DNA from: Squalus acanthias
Lineage: Eukaryota
Direction: 5' to 3'
NCBI GenBank assembly: GCA_030390025.1
Contig: CM059431.1
Coordinates: 127,660,001-127,724,000, forward strand
DNA length: 64,000 bases
The first letter of the stretch is position 1. Each line of letters opens with the position of its first letter. Under the pieces are notes generated by a model. It saw only the letters and a list, made by a program, of their open reading frames with translations. It was not told the DNA's origin and did not search any database. The translations under genes and the position numbers were made by a program. Of the stretch, positions 50,565-63,176 are shown piece by piece.

Positions 50565-50748
50565 CTAAAGAGAAAAGCCCTAGCTCCCTCAATCTTTCCT
50601 CATAAGACCTCCCCCCCAAACCAGGCAGCATCCTGGTAAATCTCCTTTGCACTCTTTCCAATGCTTCCACGTCCTTCCTATAGTGAGGTGACCAGAACTG
50701 CACACAATATTCCAAATGTGGTCTCACCAAGGTCCTGTACAGTTGCAG

Positions 50749-50973
50749 ACTGAAGATCGCGGCTGGAGCGCGAGCGGGGTGCTGCGCACGGCGATGACGT
50801 CATCGCTGGCGGCGCAGCGCCACAGGGCACTACCGGCTGGCGCCGCCGCTAACCTCCCGCTGAATTTTTCGGGAGGCGTGGGCGGCGCTGCGCCCGGGCG
50901 TTAGCTGCTTTACGCCCCATTAGCGCCCTCTTAAGGCGCTAACGGGAGGCGCAAGCAGCTGAATTTTTCCCCC
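50749..50973 (-). mobile_element. MITE family 'C' terminal fragment
   Basis: Reverse complement of ~11435-11640; ends GAATTTTTCCCCC. Confidence 0.7.
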
Positions 50974-51624
50974 TATAGGCCTTCTTTACTGCTCTATCCA
51001 CTTGAGTGGCAACCTTCAGAGATCTGTGGATATGAACCCCCAGATCCCTCTGTTCCTCCACGTTCCTCAGAACCCTGCCGTTGACCCTGTAATCCTTATT
51101 CAAATTTGCCCTACCAAAATGAATCACCTCACACTTATCAGGGTTAAATTCCATCTGCCATTTTTCGGCCCAGCTCTGCATCCTATCAATGTCTCTTTGC
51201 AGCCTACAACAGCCCTCCACCTCATCCACTACTCCACCAACAATACGATGGAGCATGTCATCAGTCTGAAGAAGGCACTTTGGGCTATAAATTCATTATA
51301 GCCCAGGAATGGACGGTATCAGTAGAAAAGTTGGAGAATTAGCGCCAGGCGCTAATTCTTTAGACTGCATGCAAAATTTGTGCTCACTGCTCAGAAAAAT
51401 GATTGGAGTCCTAATTCAAGCCTTAAAGCCCAAGTTCATTGGCGTTACACTCAATATCAGCTGCAGTCTAATTACAAATCAAGATTGCCACAGGCTTTTT
51501 CTGTACTTCAAGGGGAGGCTCATTGATGCTGCAGCACCTCATTCTCAGTGTTGCTGACTGTGCAGCTGTCTCAGCAAGCAGAAGCACAAGGAGAAGGAGT
51601 CAGAAGACTGAAGCAGGTGTACTC

Positions 51625-52727
51625 ATGGCAGATCCACGTCCCAGGGAGAGAGCCCGCAGATTCACTGATCAAGCATTGGAGGCATTGGTTTTCGCTGTGG
51701 AGAGACGGAGGGTGGTGCTCTACCCGACAAGAGGCAGGAGGCCCTCACCGCATTTCTTCCGCAACATGTGGAGGGACATAGCGCAACACATCTTGGGCAG
51801 CACTGTGGTCCCCAGGACCCACACACAGTGCAGGAAGAAATTTAATGATCTCACTCGGGTGGTCAGTGTGAGTGAATGCTTCAACAAATGCTACATACCA
51901 CCATCTGAACTTCAGTCTACACACACTGCCCAAAGCACCACACCCCCAGCATTCACCCACTAACAATCTCTACCTACCTAAACTCACATCCACATCTCAC
52001 ACCTTGCACAAAATGGCAGCTATTCAACTATGGGAGGCACATCATGCAAACACATTGCTCCACACAATTTGTGTCAGCTGTGGCTCAGTGGTAGCACTCT
52101 TGCCTGTGAGTCCGACAGTTATGGGTTCAAGTCCCACTCCAGGAACTTGAGCACAAAAATCTAGGCTGACACTCCAGTGCAGTGCTGAGGGAGTGTTGCA
52201 TTGTCAGGAGGTGCTTTCTTTTGGATGAGATGTTAAACCAAGGCCCCGTCTGCTCTCTCAAATGGACGTAAAAGATCCCATGGCACTATTTCAAACAAGA
52301 GCAGGGGAGGTATCCCCGGTGTCCTGGCCAATATTTATCCCTCAATCAACATAACAAAAACAGATTATCTGGTCATTATCACATTGTTGTTTGTGGGAGC
52401 TTGCTGTATGCAAATTGGCTGCCACGTTTCCCACATTACAACATTGACTACACTCCAAAAGTACTTAATTGGCAGTAAAAAAGCGCTTTGAGACATCCGG
52501 TGGTCGTGAAAGGCGCTATATAAATGCAAGTCTTTCTTTTTTCTTTCTTTCACACTCACTCACACACTTTCCTTTCTCTTGCAGGCCAAGGTGGCTAACC
52601 ATAGGACAGAGCAGGAGGGAGCAGGCTGGGGACAAGCCGACACCCAACCACTGCCTGCGCTGGAGAATAGAGTGCTGCAGATTATTGGGCACCAGGTGGT
52701 GGGTGCCGTGGCCACCGGCAATGTACG
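51625..52727 (+). pseudogene. Harbinger Myb/SANT-like gene, type 1 (exons 51625-51867 and 52585-52727)
   Basis: MADPRPRERARRFTDQALEALV...WRDIA...RTHTQCRKKFNDL. gtgagt donor and ttgcag acceptor. Exon 2 AKVANHRTEQ...LENRVLQIIG. Confidence 0.85.
52071..52550 (+). mobile_element. Full-length tRNA-derived Deu-domain SINE (SacSINE1-like) in the Myb intron
   Basis: A box TGGCTCAGTGG and B box GGTTCAAGTCC. Central GATGAGATGTTAAACC...AAAAGATCCCATGGCACTATTT. L2-type tail with (TTTC)n. Confidence 0.85.
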
Positions 52728-52836
52728 GTATGTTCATCCCTACTCCTTCTTCTCACATCCCACTTATACCTCACCCCACAAGCGTTTCACACTTTCCAAC
52801 TAATCATGCTGTATGCATGCATTTCTCCCTTGGCAG

Positions 52837-54760
52837 AGGGCCGCACCAAGATTTAGTGATTCGTCCTTCGATGTTCTGGTGCAGGCAGTGAGAGCACGCA
52901 GAGAGGTCCTCTTCCCTGCTGATAGGCTTAAAAGACCACCCAAAGATACCAAAAGAGCATGGTTAGAGATCACAGAGGAGGTCAGCAGCAGGGATGTGGT
53001 GAGGAGGATGTGGATCCAGTGCCAGAAAAGATTCAATGATCTCATGAGGTCAGGAAAGGTGAGTGCAATGCCACACTCACCTTCATCCTGATGTACCGGT
53101 CACCACATCCCCATCACTCTGCCTTCCGAAGCCTACTCCTGTACATCATTCCTCACGCCAACATACCTTCCAGGTCCACCCATCCCTCTCTGTCTATGTA
53201 CATACTCACATCCCCATCTGACTATCCACCACAGACACTCACCCTCATCCTAATGCAATCATAGCAAGTAATACCACAGAAGGAGGCCATTTGGTAATGT
53301 CATGCCACTCCCTCATAGCCACCCTCTACAGATGTAGCCCTTTCATTCCTTAAACACATTCCTCACTCTCACTCAAAGTTCTCTTATTTCCCTTCTTGCA
53401 GGAGAAGAGAGCCCAGTAAATAGGGAGAGACAGCGAATCGGAGGTGGCCCTCCAATATTCACACAATTGACTCCAGCAGAGGAGGAGGCCCTGGAGATAT
53501 CTCGAGTTGCAGAGCTGCTGGTGGTGTGAGATGGAGAGAGGGGGACATCCCAGCAACCTGGTGACAGAATTACATCTCATACAGGCACATGGCATACAGC
53601 AGTCCCTCATATGGAGACTGTTGTCAGCAGCCAATTAATTTTCATCATGTGCATAATGGTAACATAACCCATTCTTAAAATAACACTTCTAAATTAACTC
53701 TTTACTCTCCCACAGGTCCATCAATTTCACCCCCCCCCCCCCCACCCACTGTCCAGCTGGAGGAGGAAGACGAGTCCTCAGAGAGGCTCCACTCACTGAG
53801 GGTGCACCGTCAGCAGACCCAAGCGCAGCCAGCACCAGCGCAGATACGCGCACCTCGGTGGGTCCTGTGCGAGATAGAATAGTGTTGTCACCCGCTGTCT
53901 CTCACATCACAAGTGAACAAGAGCAGATGGTGTTGACAGGGACAGCAGTGGAGACTCCTCGCCGGAGGGTGCAGGACGCTCCCAGCTCTGCTGAGCTCAT
54001 GCAGACACTGAGCCTCAGAGGCCATCGAGAAAGAGGGTGATCTTGGAGGGGCAGCAACAATTGCATGAGGCTCTGGCAGCTTTTGCAGCCGCGCTGCCTG
54101 CAAATGTGCAGAGAATGGAGGAGTCCATCTCCAACATGAGCACCACCAAGTCTCTGGCGATGGTGATGATGTTCCGTTCCACGGAAAGGTTGGCCACCTG
54201 CATGAAGCAGCAAAGGTGGCAGTCACAAGAGCACAGGCTTCCTGGAGCTTCCTCTGAGGAGTCGTCTTCCTCCTCCGGCTGGACAGCCGGTGGGGGGGGG
54301 GGCACTTGATAGACCTGTGGGAGAGTAAACAGATGGCAGATGCTCATAGACCTCATCTCTAGGAGGGATACAAACGTATACTTGTTCCTTCATTGGCTTC
54401 CTTTCTAGCAGGGAAATGCGGGTGGCCCATGAGTGGGATGATGTTGAGAGTGGACATGGAAGTGGAGGCTCTTCTCAAAGTGCTCCCACTTTCCCCCATT
54501 GCCTCCCCCTCAGTCAGAGGCCCACATGCTTCCTCGGATCCTGATGGCCGAGTCTGCCCCTGCACAGTTGCAGGAGGAGCAGACTTTGGCGGGGCCCTCA
54601 CACACTCCAAAACCCAGAGGACGTCCGCCAAAAGTGTCACTGTCGAAACCAGTTGCAGCAGGGAAGTGAGCAGCCTGCCTCTACCTCTGCTCAAGCCACA
54701 GGGGTTGGACCTCATAGCAGCACTCGGTAAAGAAAAAAGACACAATCCTAGATGCACAAG
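52837..54760 (+). pseudogene. Harbinger Myb/SANT-like gene, type 2 (exons 52837-53058, 53402-53560, 53716 onward)
   Basis: RAAPRFSDSSFDVLVQAVRARREVLFP...AWLEITEEV...IQCQKRFNDL. Canonical GT/AG. Stop and frameshift in later exons. Confidence 0.82.
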
Positions 54761-55074
54761 GGTATGTACATGGGTGTATGAACAACTGTTAGTGTCAAGT
54801 TTCAGTAATTTTTATGACACAGATAAATGTATTTCTTTGCACCACTTTCCGGTCTTGTCCATTTTTGCCTGCTACCTTGGAAGTGGCTTTGTCACTTGGA
54901 GTGAATGGTGAGACATTACTTAACCTCGAGCAATGGAGGTTTGCATGACAGGAATGGCTTAGTCATTGTAGGGAAGCTTTATGGTGTAGTTGGCAGGGGT
55001 GGGAGGCGGGGGGTTTGGGGGGTGGGGGGGATTCAGTATAGCCTGTGGCAGCCATATGGGTGCATTGGAGCAAG

Positions 55075-56170
55075 TTAAGCAAATCTGGCCATGATGAGGC
55101 CATCCCTGGCCTCCCGGGCAGCAATGTGCATTGCTGCTGGTGCCATGCCATCTCCACCTCAGGTTCCTCCTCCTCCTCCTCATCGTCTTCCACCTGCTCC
55201 TACTACTCCTCCTCCTCCTCCTCTGAAGAGGCTGTGCGCTCTGTGCCTTGCTCCTCCTGCAGCTCCTATCCTCGCTGCTGCGCTATGTTGTGCAGCGCGC
55301 AGCAAACGATGATGATTCTGGAGACCCTGGCTGGTGCGTACTGCCAGATCCTCCAGATCTGTCAAGGCATCTGAAGCGCATCTTCAGCCGGTAAGTCTGT
55401 TTGTCGGTGCGAAGAGCTGAGGGAGGGTGGACTGGCGCAGCACGAAAGAGTCATGACAGCTGCCAGGGAATCTGGCGCACACATGCATGATGATCTTTTT
55501 ACGGTTGCAGACGAGCTGCACATTGAGGGAGTGGAAGGCCTTACTGTTGACAAACACTCCTGGGTGATGAGGGGATGCCTTGATGACCACATGTGTGCAG
55601 TTGATGACACCCTGTATCTGTGGGAAGCCAGCCAGAGCTGCAAAGCCGAGCGCCCGCTCAGTAACACTGGCTTCACAGTTTACATAATTGTCTGACTGGT
55701 CAAACATGGCATCGGTCACCTGGGTGATGCATCTGTGGGCGGCCGACTGCAATATCCCACAAATGTCTGCTGCAGATCCCTGGAAGGAGCCTGAGGCGAA
55801 GAAGTTGAGGGCGGTGGTGACTTTGATAGCCATTAGTAAGGCATGTCCACCAGGTCCTCTGGGCAGGAGGTTTTGTTCCAACAAGCTACAAATGTCTGTG
55901 ACGACCTGGCGTGATTGCCTGAGCCTCCTTTGGCACTGCTGTTCAGTCATGTCCAGGAAGCTCATCCTCTGCCTGTATACCCTGTGTTGGGGGTATCACC
56001 TCCGGTGCGGTGCAGCCCTGTGCTGATCACCTCGCTCCTGTGGAACATCAAGTCGCTGAGGAGAAGGCTGCTGTTGTGACTGCTGCTGCTGCTGGTGCTG
56101 CTGGTGTTGGTGTTGGGGCTCATCTTGGTCTGATTGCGGTCCAAGGTGAGAGAACATAAGCGGCACCCAT
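55075..56170 (-). pseudogene. HARBI1-like Harbinger transposase with internal deletion
   Basis: ORF 55384-55965: [45 protein letters not shown]. The GDxGY-to-E segment is missing. Acidic C-terminal tail. Confidence 0.92.
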
Positions 56171-56294
56171 GCTGATGTAATAGATGGCAGGTAAAGTGGA
56201 GATCAGAGGGCTAATCCTTCAATGTTGTGATAGTGACTAGCAATGTGGTGAAAGTGGCTTCTGAAGTTGCAGAAATGACCTGCAAACTGCTGAA

Positions 56295-56719
56295 AGCTAA
56301 ATCTCTGCACAAAATGGAGTCAGCCAGAGCCTTTCCATTAGCCAAGTAATCAGGTGTAATGTGTGTGTATTTATGTGTTTTTCACAGCTCTCAATTAATG
56401 GACTTGCACAATGGCCACTGAGCTTCCGCCGCCCCTTCACAGGCGATGTTCCCGAGGTGCGTGATACCCGTGCTCCTGAAGTTAAAGCCAAAGGTTGCTG
56501 TTAAAATCCCTTTAAGGGTCTCTCAACAAGCATTTAATTACTCGAATGAGGTCGCCTGCCTTGCCCGATCAGGTCCGTGGCGTGCCTCCAAACACGCTCG
56601 AGTTAAATGCAGAAGTCGGCGGGATGATGGTGGGTTCCTAACACACTGGCAATTTCGGCGATTTCTACTGCTGACCCGCCTCCAAACCTGCACGCTCGGC
56701 AATGGGAAAATTCTGGCCC
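56295..56719 (-). mobile_element. Harbinger terminal region and TIR
   Basis: Ends GGGAAAATTCTGGCCC; homologous to 892-1325. Confidence 0.75.
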
Positions 56720-56808
56720 AAATCTCCGGATCATTAGTTCAGGCTTCTGGAATACTAGTCCAGTAACATAACCACTATGCTACTGTACCCTGTACCATAC
56801 CGTACGGG

Positions 56809-57639
56809 ATGGCTATTAAAGTCATCACCACCCTCAACAGTTTTGCTTCCGGATCCTTCCAGGGCTTTGCCGGAGACATATCCAGGATCTCCCAGTCGGC
56901 GGCCCACAAATGCATAAGACAGGCGACTGATGGCTGGTTTGCCAGGGCCGGCAATTATGTGAACTTTGTCTGTGCAGTGGTGCAGGGCGCTATTGACTGC
57001 ACACCTGTGGCAATCTGGGCACTAACAGATTAACCAGGAGTATTCGGCAACCACAAGGGCTTCCACTCCATCGATGTGCAACCACACCAAGATATTTCTG
57101 CAGGTGTGCGCCAGATTTCCAGAGATCTGCCATGATGCTTTTGTCCTGCGGGAGTCCAAGCTCCCTGGCATCTTTGGACCTGCAAGCAGACTTAAGGGGT
57201 GGCTGCTCGGAGACAAGGAATACCCACTTCAAACTTGGCTCATGATACCCGTCAGAAATCCAACCAATAAAGCCCAAAAGCACTGCAAAGAATGCCCAAA
57301 TGCCATATGACCATCAGATGTGTGATCAAACAAGCCGTAGGCATGCTGAAGATGCACTTCAGGTGCCTCGACAGATCGGGAGGCACCCTTCAGTATGCAC
57401 CAGGCAGGGACTCCGGGATGGTCGTGGTGTGCTGCGCTCAGCACAACATTGCGCAACAGCGAGGTTTGGACCTGCAGGAGGAACAAGGCAAAGAGCTTAG
57501 ATTCTCTTCTGGCGATTCCAAGGAGGAGGAGGAGGAGTTAGATGAGGAGGAGGAAGGTGATGAAGATAATGCACCACCAGCTGCTCACATTGCTGCCCGG
57601 GATGCCAGGGATGCCCTTATGAATGCAAGGTTTATTTAG
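56809..57639 (+). pseudogene. HARBI1-like Harbinger transposase, 5'-truncated
   Basis: [61 protein letters not shown]. Confidence 0.92.
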
Positions 57640-57899
57640 GTTGCACCAGTGGACCCATGTCACAAGCACATGCAACGGCCACCCTTCCTGCCCCCACCCC
57701 TCCATTGCCACTGACACAAAGCAGCTCTGAAAACAACCAACCACACCTTGCACATCTCCTCATCTGTCCCCATCAGTTCATGTCTTCCCATTCATCATCA
57801 AGCAACTTAAAAGGCGATTTGCCACCCAGCAACCAAGAATGGGCATGACAGGAAAGTGGTGCAAAAGAATAATATTTATGTGCTTTAACAAGACAACAG

Positions 57900-58905
57900 A
57901 AAATTAACATTATATTTTATCATACACCCATGTGCATACCCTTGTGCAACTACAATCCTCACTGTTGCCTTTCCTACTATGTGGTGCGACCCCTGTGGCT
58001 TGAGCAGAGGTAGAGTTAGGCTGCTCAGACTGCTGAGACGCTCTTGGCCGACGTCCTCTGGGTTTTGGAGCCTGTGAGGGCCCCGCCAAAGACGGTTCCA
58101 CCTGCACCTGGACACGATGCATGAGTCCTGTGACAGTGCACTCTCAGAAGGACTCAGCTCCTCCGAGGAATCGGTGGCGGCGACCTCCACTGACTTCTGC
58201 TACACGCGTGAAGGTCCTGTTGGAGATAAAAAAAACTTGAATTAATACTGCCAAGATATCATTATGCAACTTATCATTATGAAGATGATCATATTTCACG
58301 CACTGTTGAAATCAAGTCAACATGATTAAGTGCCGTATGACATGTGTGTCGCTAGTATTTAATTGTGGAACCTGGTAGCTGGGAGCTCCCCATCTCTGAC
58401 GGCCAGGGTTGGCGAAACTCCACTTATCTCCAGCGTCTCCTCCTCTGCACTTGTGAGCTGGGAAATAATGTGTAGACTCACCTCCTGTTCTGTCCCTCTC
58501 ACTCGTGCTCTGTGCTCTCTTCTCCTGCAATGGGGCAAAGAACAGGCGCATGAGTGAGTGTAATGGCATGTGTTCACTCGATGGATGGAGTGCATTTAGT
58601 GAGGGTGACTATCGGGGAGAGGAATGATACTGCATAAGGATGAGGGTACGTGGCAGTGGTGGATAGATAGATGGGGATGTGAGGAAGTGCATAGAAAGAG
58701 AAGGATGGGTGGGCGTGCAAGATAAGTGGGTGTGAGGAGTGATGTGATGAAGTAGGTTTAACAAGGCAGAGTGAGGGGGTGGGTGATGCACACAGCAGGA
58801 TGTAGGTGAATGTGAAACTATACTCACCTTTCCTGAGCTGGTGAGGTCATTAAAGCGCTTCCTGCACTGAATTCAGGAGTGTGGCACTACGCTCCTGCTG
58901 CTCAC
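57900..58905 (-). pseudogene. Type 2 Myb/SANT gene fragments convergent with the 56809 transposase
   Basis: IQCRKRFNDLTSSGK|gtgagt by reading 58825-58875; QEKRAQ...LTSAEEETLEISG. Homologous to 52837-53560. Confidence 0.75.
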
Positions 58906-59432
58906 TGAAAAAATGGGGGCAGAGGTTATGATCTGAAATTGTTAAACTCAATGTTGAGTCCGGAAGGCTGTAAAGTACCTAATCGAAAGATGAGGTGCTG
59001 TTCCTCGAGCTTATGTTGAGATTTATTGGAACAGTGTAAAAGGCCGAGTGGGAATGGAGCAAAGAATTAAAGTGACAGGCGACCAGAAGCTCGGGGTCAC
59101 GCTTGCAGACTGAATGGAGGTGTTCCGCAAAGTGGTCACCCAATCTTGCGTTTGGTCTCCCCAATGTAGAGGAGACCGCATCGTGAGCAGTGATTACAGT
59201 ATACTAGATTGCAAGAAGTACAAATAAATCGCTGTTTCACCTAGAAGGAGTGTTTGGGGCCCTGGACGGTGGGAAGGGAGGAGGTAAAAGGGCATGTGTT
59301 GCATCTCCTGCGCTTGCACGGGAAGGTGTCGTGGGAAGGGGAGGGGGTGTTGGGGGTAATTGAGAAGTGGACCAGGGTATTGTGGAAGGAGCGGTCCCTT
59401 CGGAATGCTGAAAGGGGAGGGGAGGGGAAGAT
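58906..59432 (-). mobile_element. Penelope-like element, GIY-YIG endonuclease region, decayed
   Basis: RLGDHFAEHLHSV...LVACHFNS. Upstream frames read as TFPCKRRRCNTCPF and LVYCN..C..LYIG. Confidence 0.85.
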
Positions 59433-59434
59433 GC

Positions 59435-59670
59435 ATTTTATATATTTCCTGATGTTCGGTGCTCAAAACTCAATGCAATACTTTAAATGGGGCCTGACCA
59501 AGCTCTGTACAACTGAAGCATCACTTCCACACTTTTTAATTCCAACCCTTTTTAGATAAAGGCCAACATTCCATTAGCCTTTTTGATTGCTCTTTATACC
59601 TGAGCACTAGCTTGCAGTGATTTATGTACATGGACACACCTAAATTCCTTTGGTCCTCCACTGCTCCTAA
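59435..59670 (-). mobile_element. Old CR1 fragment
   Basis: ATAAAGGCCAACATTCCATTAGCCTTTTTGATT matches 24136-24168. Confidence 0.65.
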
Positions 59671-61153
59671 TCAGCAGTATGAAATATGGGACACTCCATG
59701 ATTTTGCAAATTATGAACAGATGAATAGGCTTGAAAATTTGAAATTTACATCCATATTAATACAAATTAGACTAATTCAAGTTTGTGCGGAAAAAAAATC
59801 AAATTGTAGGAGAATTTAGATGACTTGGATTTGGATTTGGATTCCACTTAATAGCTAGAAAGCAGCAACTAGCAATCAGGTGTCAACTTGTTTTTAAAAA
59901 TGGATTATCACTGCCACTAAAAAGCAGAAGAAAGAATGTCATACAAACACATTAAACATCCATTTGCTAATATCACATCAGTAATTTCTAGAGTTTAATT
60001 GCATTAATAGGACACTATTTTTGCACAGTGCAATTTCAATGTTAAACAGGAGACATTACATTAGAATTACATTCAATCAGAGAAGGAGCAGAAGTGTATT
60101 ATGATTCAACACAATATATAAATGAAAAGTAAAGGAAAAGGAAGTATTAATTGGAATGCTTCAGCCATATAATTGTTAAGAATCTAATTGTTGTGCTTGT
60201 TAAGATGAAGAAGATTTTTAGTGAATGATTAGGGCTCAAATTCTATTGTTAAAGTGAAATTCTCTGTCATGCAGAAATGACATCCTTAATTCTATAGGAA
60301 ATATTAGCCTAGACTTTCCTATGAACACTACATCATTTTCAGGTTTTATTCTGATGGGTGCAAGCAGGAAATGGGTCAAAATTTCACTATGCCAGATGCC
60401 CAGAAATCTGCCATCATTTCCGGCAGATGGTGAAAGTACCGGCGTTAAAAAGGTGGGCTTATTTAAAAGAGGATTTAATAACACATGCATTCCATTTTCC
60501 ATCGGCCCAAATTTTCAGTGGTTGAGGCGCTTGAATGGTGAAAAAGAAAGAGGAAACTATGGAGTAAGTATGGTCACACCATCACGCTTCATATGTTCCT
60601 CAGGCTTCTTCGCTGCTCCGCAGTCAACCCTTACCAGAAACAGTTGGAAGCTCATTTTCATAGCTCCATACCCCCACCCCCGCCTCCTGGTGGGCCTGCT
60701 TCTCGAACGGTATGAGCCGGTCTGAAGGTAGAGAACAGGCTCACCACAACTGTGAAATCTCCATGCTTTTGACGCTTTAACAATGTGGTGTAAACGGAAA
60801 TAGGCTGACCGATTCCACCGAGATCGGAGTAGGAGGAGTGCTTTCAATGCATGCCAAACTTTGGCATTGTATAAAAGCTGGTTGCCATCCTGATTATATA
60901 TTCATCGAATCTCTGAGGAAGAAAAGGCCGCTTCCGATTCATTGCCATCCCCGCTGCCGTATATTCTAATTACAAATGCAAGAAAATGTGGAGGACCAGT
61001 GTGCGATATGGTTACATTGATTTTGCTGTTGTAGGAGAATCTGAGCCATCATTCCTGCTCCCCTTTTAAATGTGTTGCCGCCAATGGTCCCACAGCAGCA
61101 TCCAAATTTCCAATGCCAAATGGCAAGCTCCCACTCAGTAACATTCCTGATGT

Positions 61154-62450
61154 TAGAATCATAGAATTATAGAATGGTTACAGCACAGAAGGAGGCCATT
61201 CGGCTCATCGAGCCCGTGCCGGCTCATTGCAAGAGCACTTCAGCTAGTCCCACTCCCCCGCCCTTTCCCTGTAGCCCTGAATTTTTTTTTCCTTCAGGTA
61301 CTTATCCAACTCCCTTTTGAAAGCCGTGATTGAATCTGACTCTACCACCCTTTCAGGCAGTGCATGCCAGATCCTAACCACTCACTGCGTAAAAAAGGTT
61401 TTCCTCATGTCGCCTTTGGTTCTTCTGCTAATCACCTTAAATCTGTGTCCTCTGGTTCTCGACCCTTCCGCCAATGGGAACAGTTTCTCTCTCTCTAATC
61501 TGTCCAGACCCCTCATGATTTTGAACACCTCTATCAAGTCTCCTCTCAATCTTCTCTGCTCTAAGGAGAACAACCCCAGTTTCTCCAGTCTAGCCACATA
61601 ACTGAAGTCCTGCATCCCTGGAATCATTCTCGTAAATCTTTTCTGCACCCTCTCTAAGGCCTTCACATCCTTCCTAAAGTGCGGTGCCCAGAATTGGATA
61701 CAATACTCCAGTTGAAGCCAAACCAATATTTTATAAAGGTTCATCATAATTTCCACGCTTTTGTACTCTATACCTCTATTCATGAAGCCCAAGATCCCGT
61801 AAGCTTTTTTAACTGCTTTCTCAACCTGCCCTGCCACCTTCAACGATTTGTGTACATATACCCCCAGGTCTCTCTGTTTATGCACCCCCTTTAGGATTGT
61901 ACCCTTTAGTTTATATTCCTCTCTTCATTCTTTCTACCAAAATGTATCACTTCACACTTTTCTGCGTTAAATTTCATCTGCCACGTGTCTGCCCATTCCA
62001 CCAGCCTGTCTATGTTCTCTTGAAGTCTATCACTATCCTCCTCACTGTTCACTATACTTCCAAGTTTTGTGTCATCTGCAAATTTTGAAATTGTACCCTG
62101 TACACCCACATCCAAGTCATTAATATATATCAAGAAAAGCAGTGGTCCTAGAACCAATCCCTGGGGAACACCACTGTGTACCTTCCTCCAGTCTGAAAAA
62201 CAACTGTTCATCACTACTCTCTGTTTCCTGTCACTTAGCCAATTTCGTATCCATGCTGCCACTATCCCTTTTATTCCATGGGCTTCAACTTTGCTGGCCA
62301 GCCTATTATGTTGCACTTTGTTGAACGTCTTTTGGAAATCCATGTACACTACATCAACCGCATTGCCCTCATCAACCCTCTGTTACCTCATCAAAAAACT
62401 CGATCAAGTTGGTTAAACACGATTTTCCTTTAACAAACCGTGTTTGGCTT
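61154..62450 (-). mobile_element. CR1 LINE RT and 3' end
   Basis: SGVPQGLVLGPLLFLIYINDL, KFADDTKLG, LERVQKRFTRMIPG; tail (ATAGAAT)n. Confidence 0.93.
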
Positions 62451-62479
62451 TACATAGAATCATATGTTGGGAGCTTGTT

Positions 62480-63176
62480 GCCATTGGATTTTGCTGTAAT
62501 AATAAGTGAGGCTATCAGTGCTCGCCGTTATTACAGGGTAAATCTGATAGCAACTTCTGGCGTCCGTACATGCTTAATTAAATGTGGAAATCCAGAAGTT
62601 GCTGTCAGAGATACCCTACTCCTCCACAGGCATTGAAATTATTAATGGCATGAACTTAGGTTACTTACCCACGAGTTCCGTACTAAAGAAGGCTGAAAAA
62701 ATTAGGGTTGGGGCATTTAGGAATAAGTGAGTTTTTAATGGCATAATAAGTAATAATTACTGCTGAACAATCTCTCTGGCCCTGAAAAAATCATTTTACA
62801 AAGGTGGAGTCTCATTACCTCAGGAGAAAAGATTTAAAAAAAATGTTTTTGACTTTTTCTGTTTGTCTCTTTTATCTCTCTCCCTTAATCCCATTTGTAT
62901 TTCCAAATCTTTATTTTGCTTCCTGTACATGATTTAAATGTAATTTCTATTTCCTGATTTTTACTTCCTGGTTTGCATTCTGCATATTTCAGTGAGGATA
63001 CTTCAATCTGATTGGGTAAAGAGCCTTGCTGTTGCTTGCCTGGCTCACAGACACACTGTAGGGGATGCTGCATTGAAAATCCACGCTGACAAGCCCGCTA
63101 AAAGTCTCTGGGCAACTGTAAGCGAGGTGAATGGCAAAAGCCGTTCCTTTGCCACTGAGAGCAAAATCTGGGCCAT
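62480..63176. mobile_element. Probable MITE
   Basis: GGATTTTGCT... start and ...AGCAAAATCTGGGCC end. Internal inverted GCAACTTCTGG / CCAGAAGTTGC. Confidence 0.45.

Larger units (their letters stand above)
49965..51240 (-). mobile_element. CR1 LINE 3' fragment carrying Penelope and MITE insertions
   Basis: [48 protein letters not shown]; tail (ATAGAAC)n. Confidence 0.92.

Noticed and set aside
37018..57639. Domesticated HARBI1/NAIF1 host genes
   Set aside because: Multiple copies, all with stops, deletions or nested insertions, in transposon context.
60236..60847. Overlapping ORFs as a host gene
   Set aside because: No recognisable protein; TIR-like starts (GGGCTCAAATT, GGCCCAAATTTT) suggest decayed DNA-transposon sequence.
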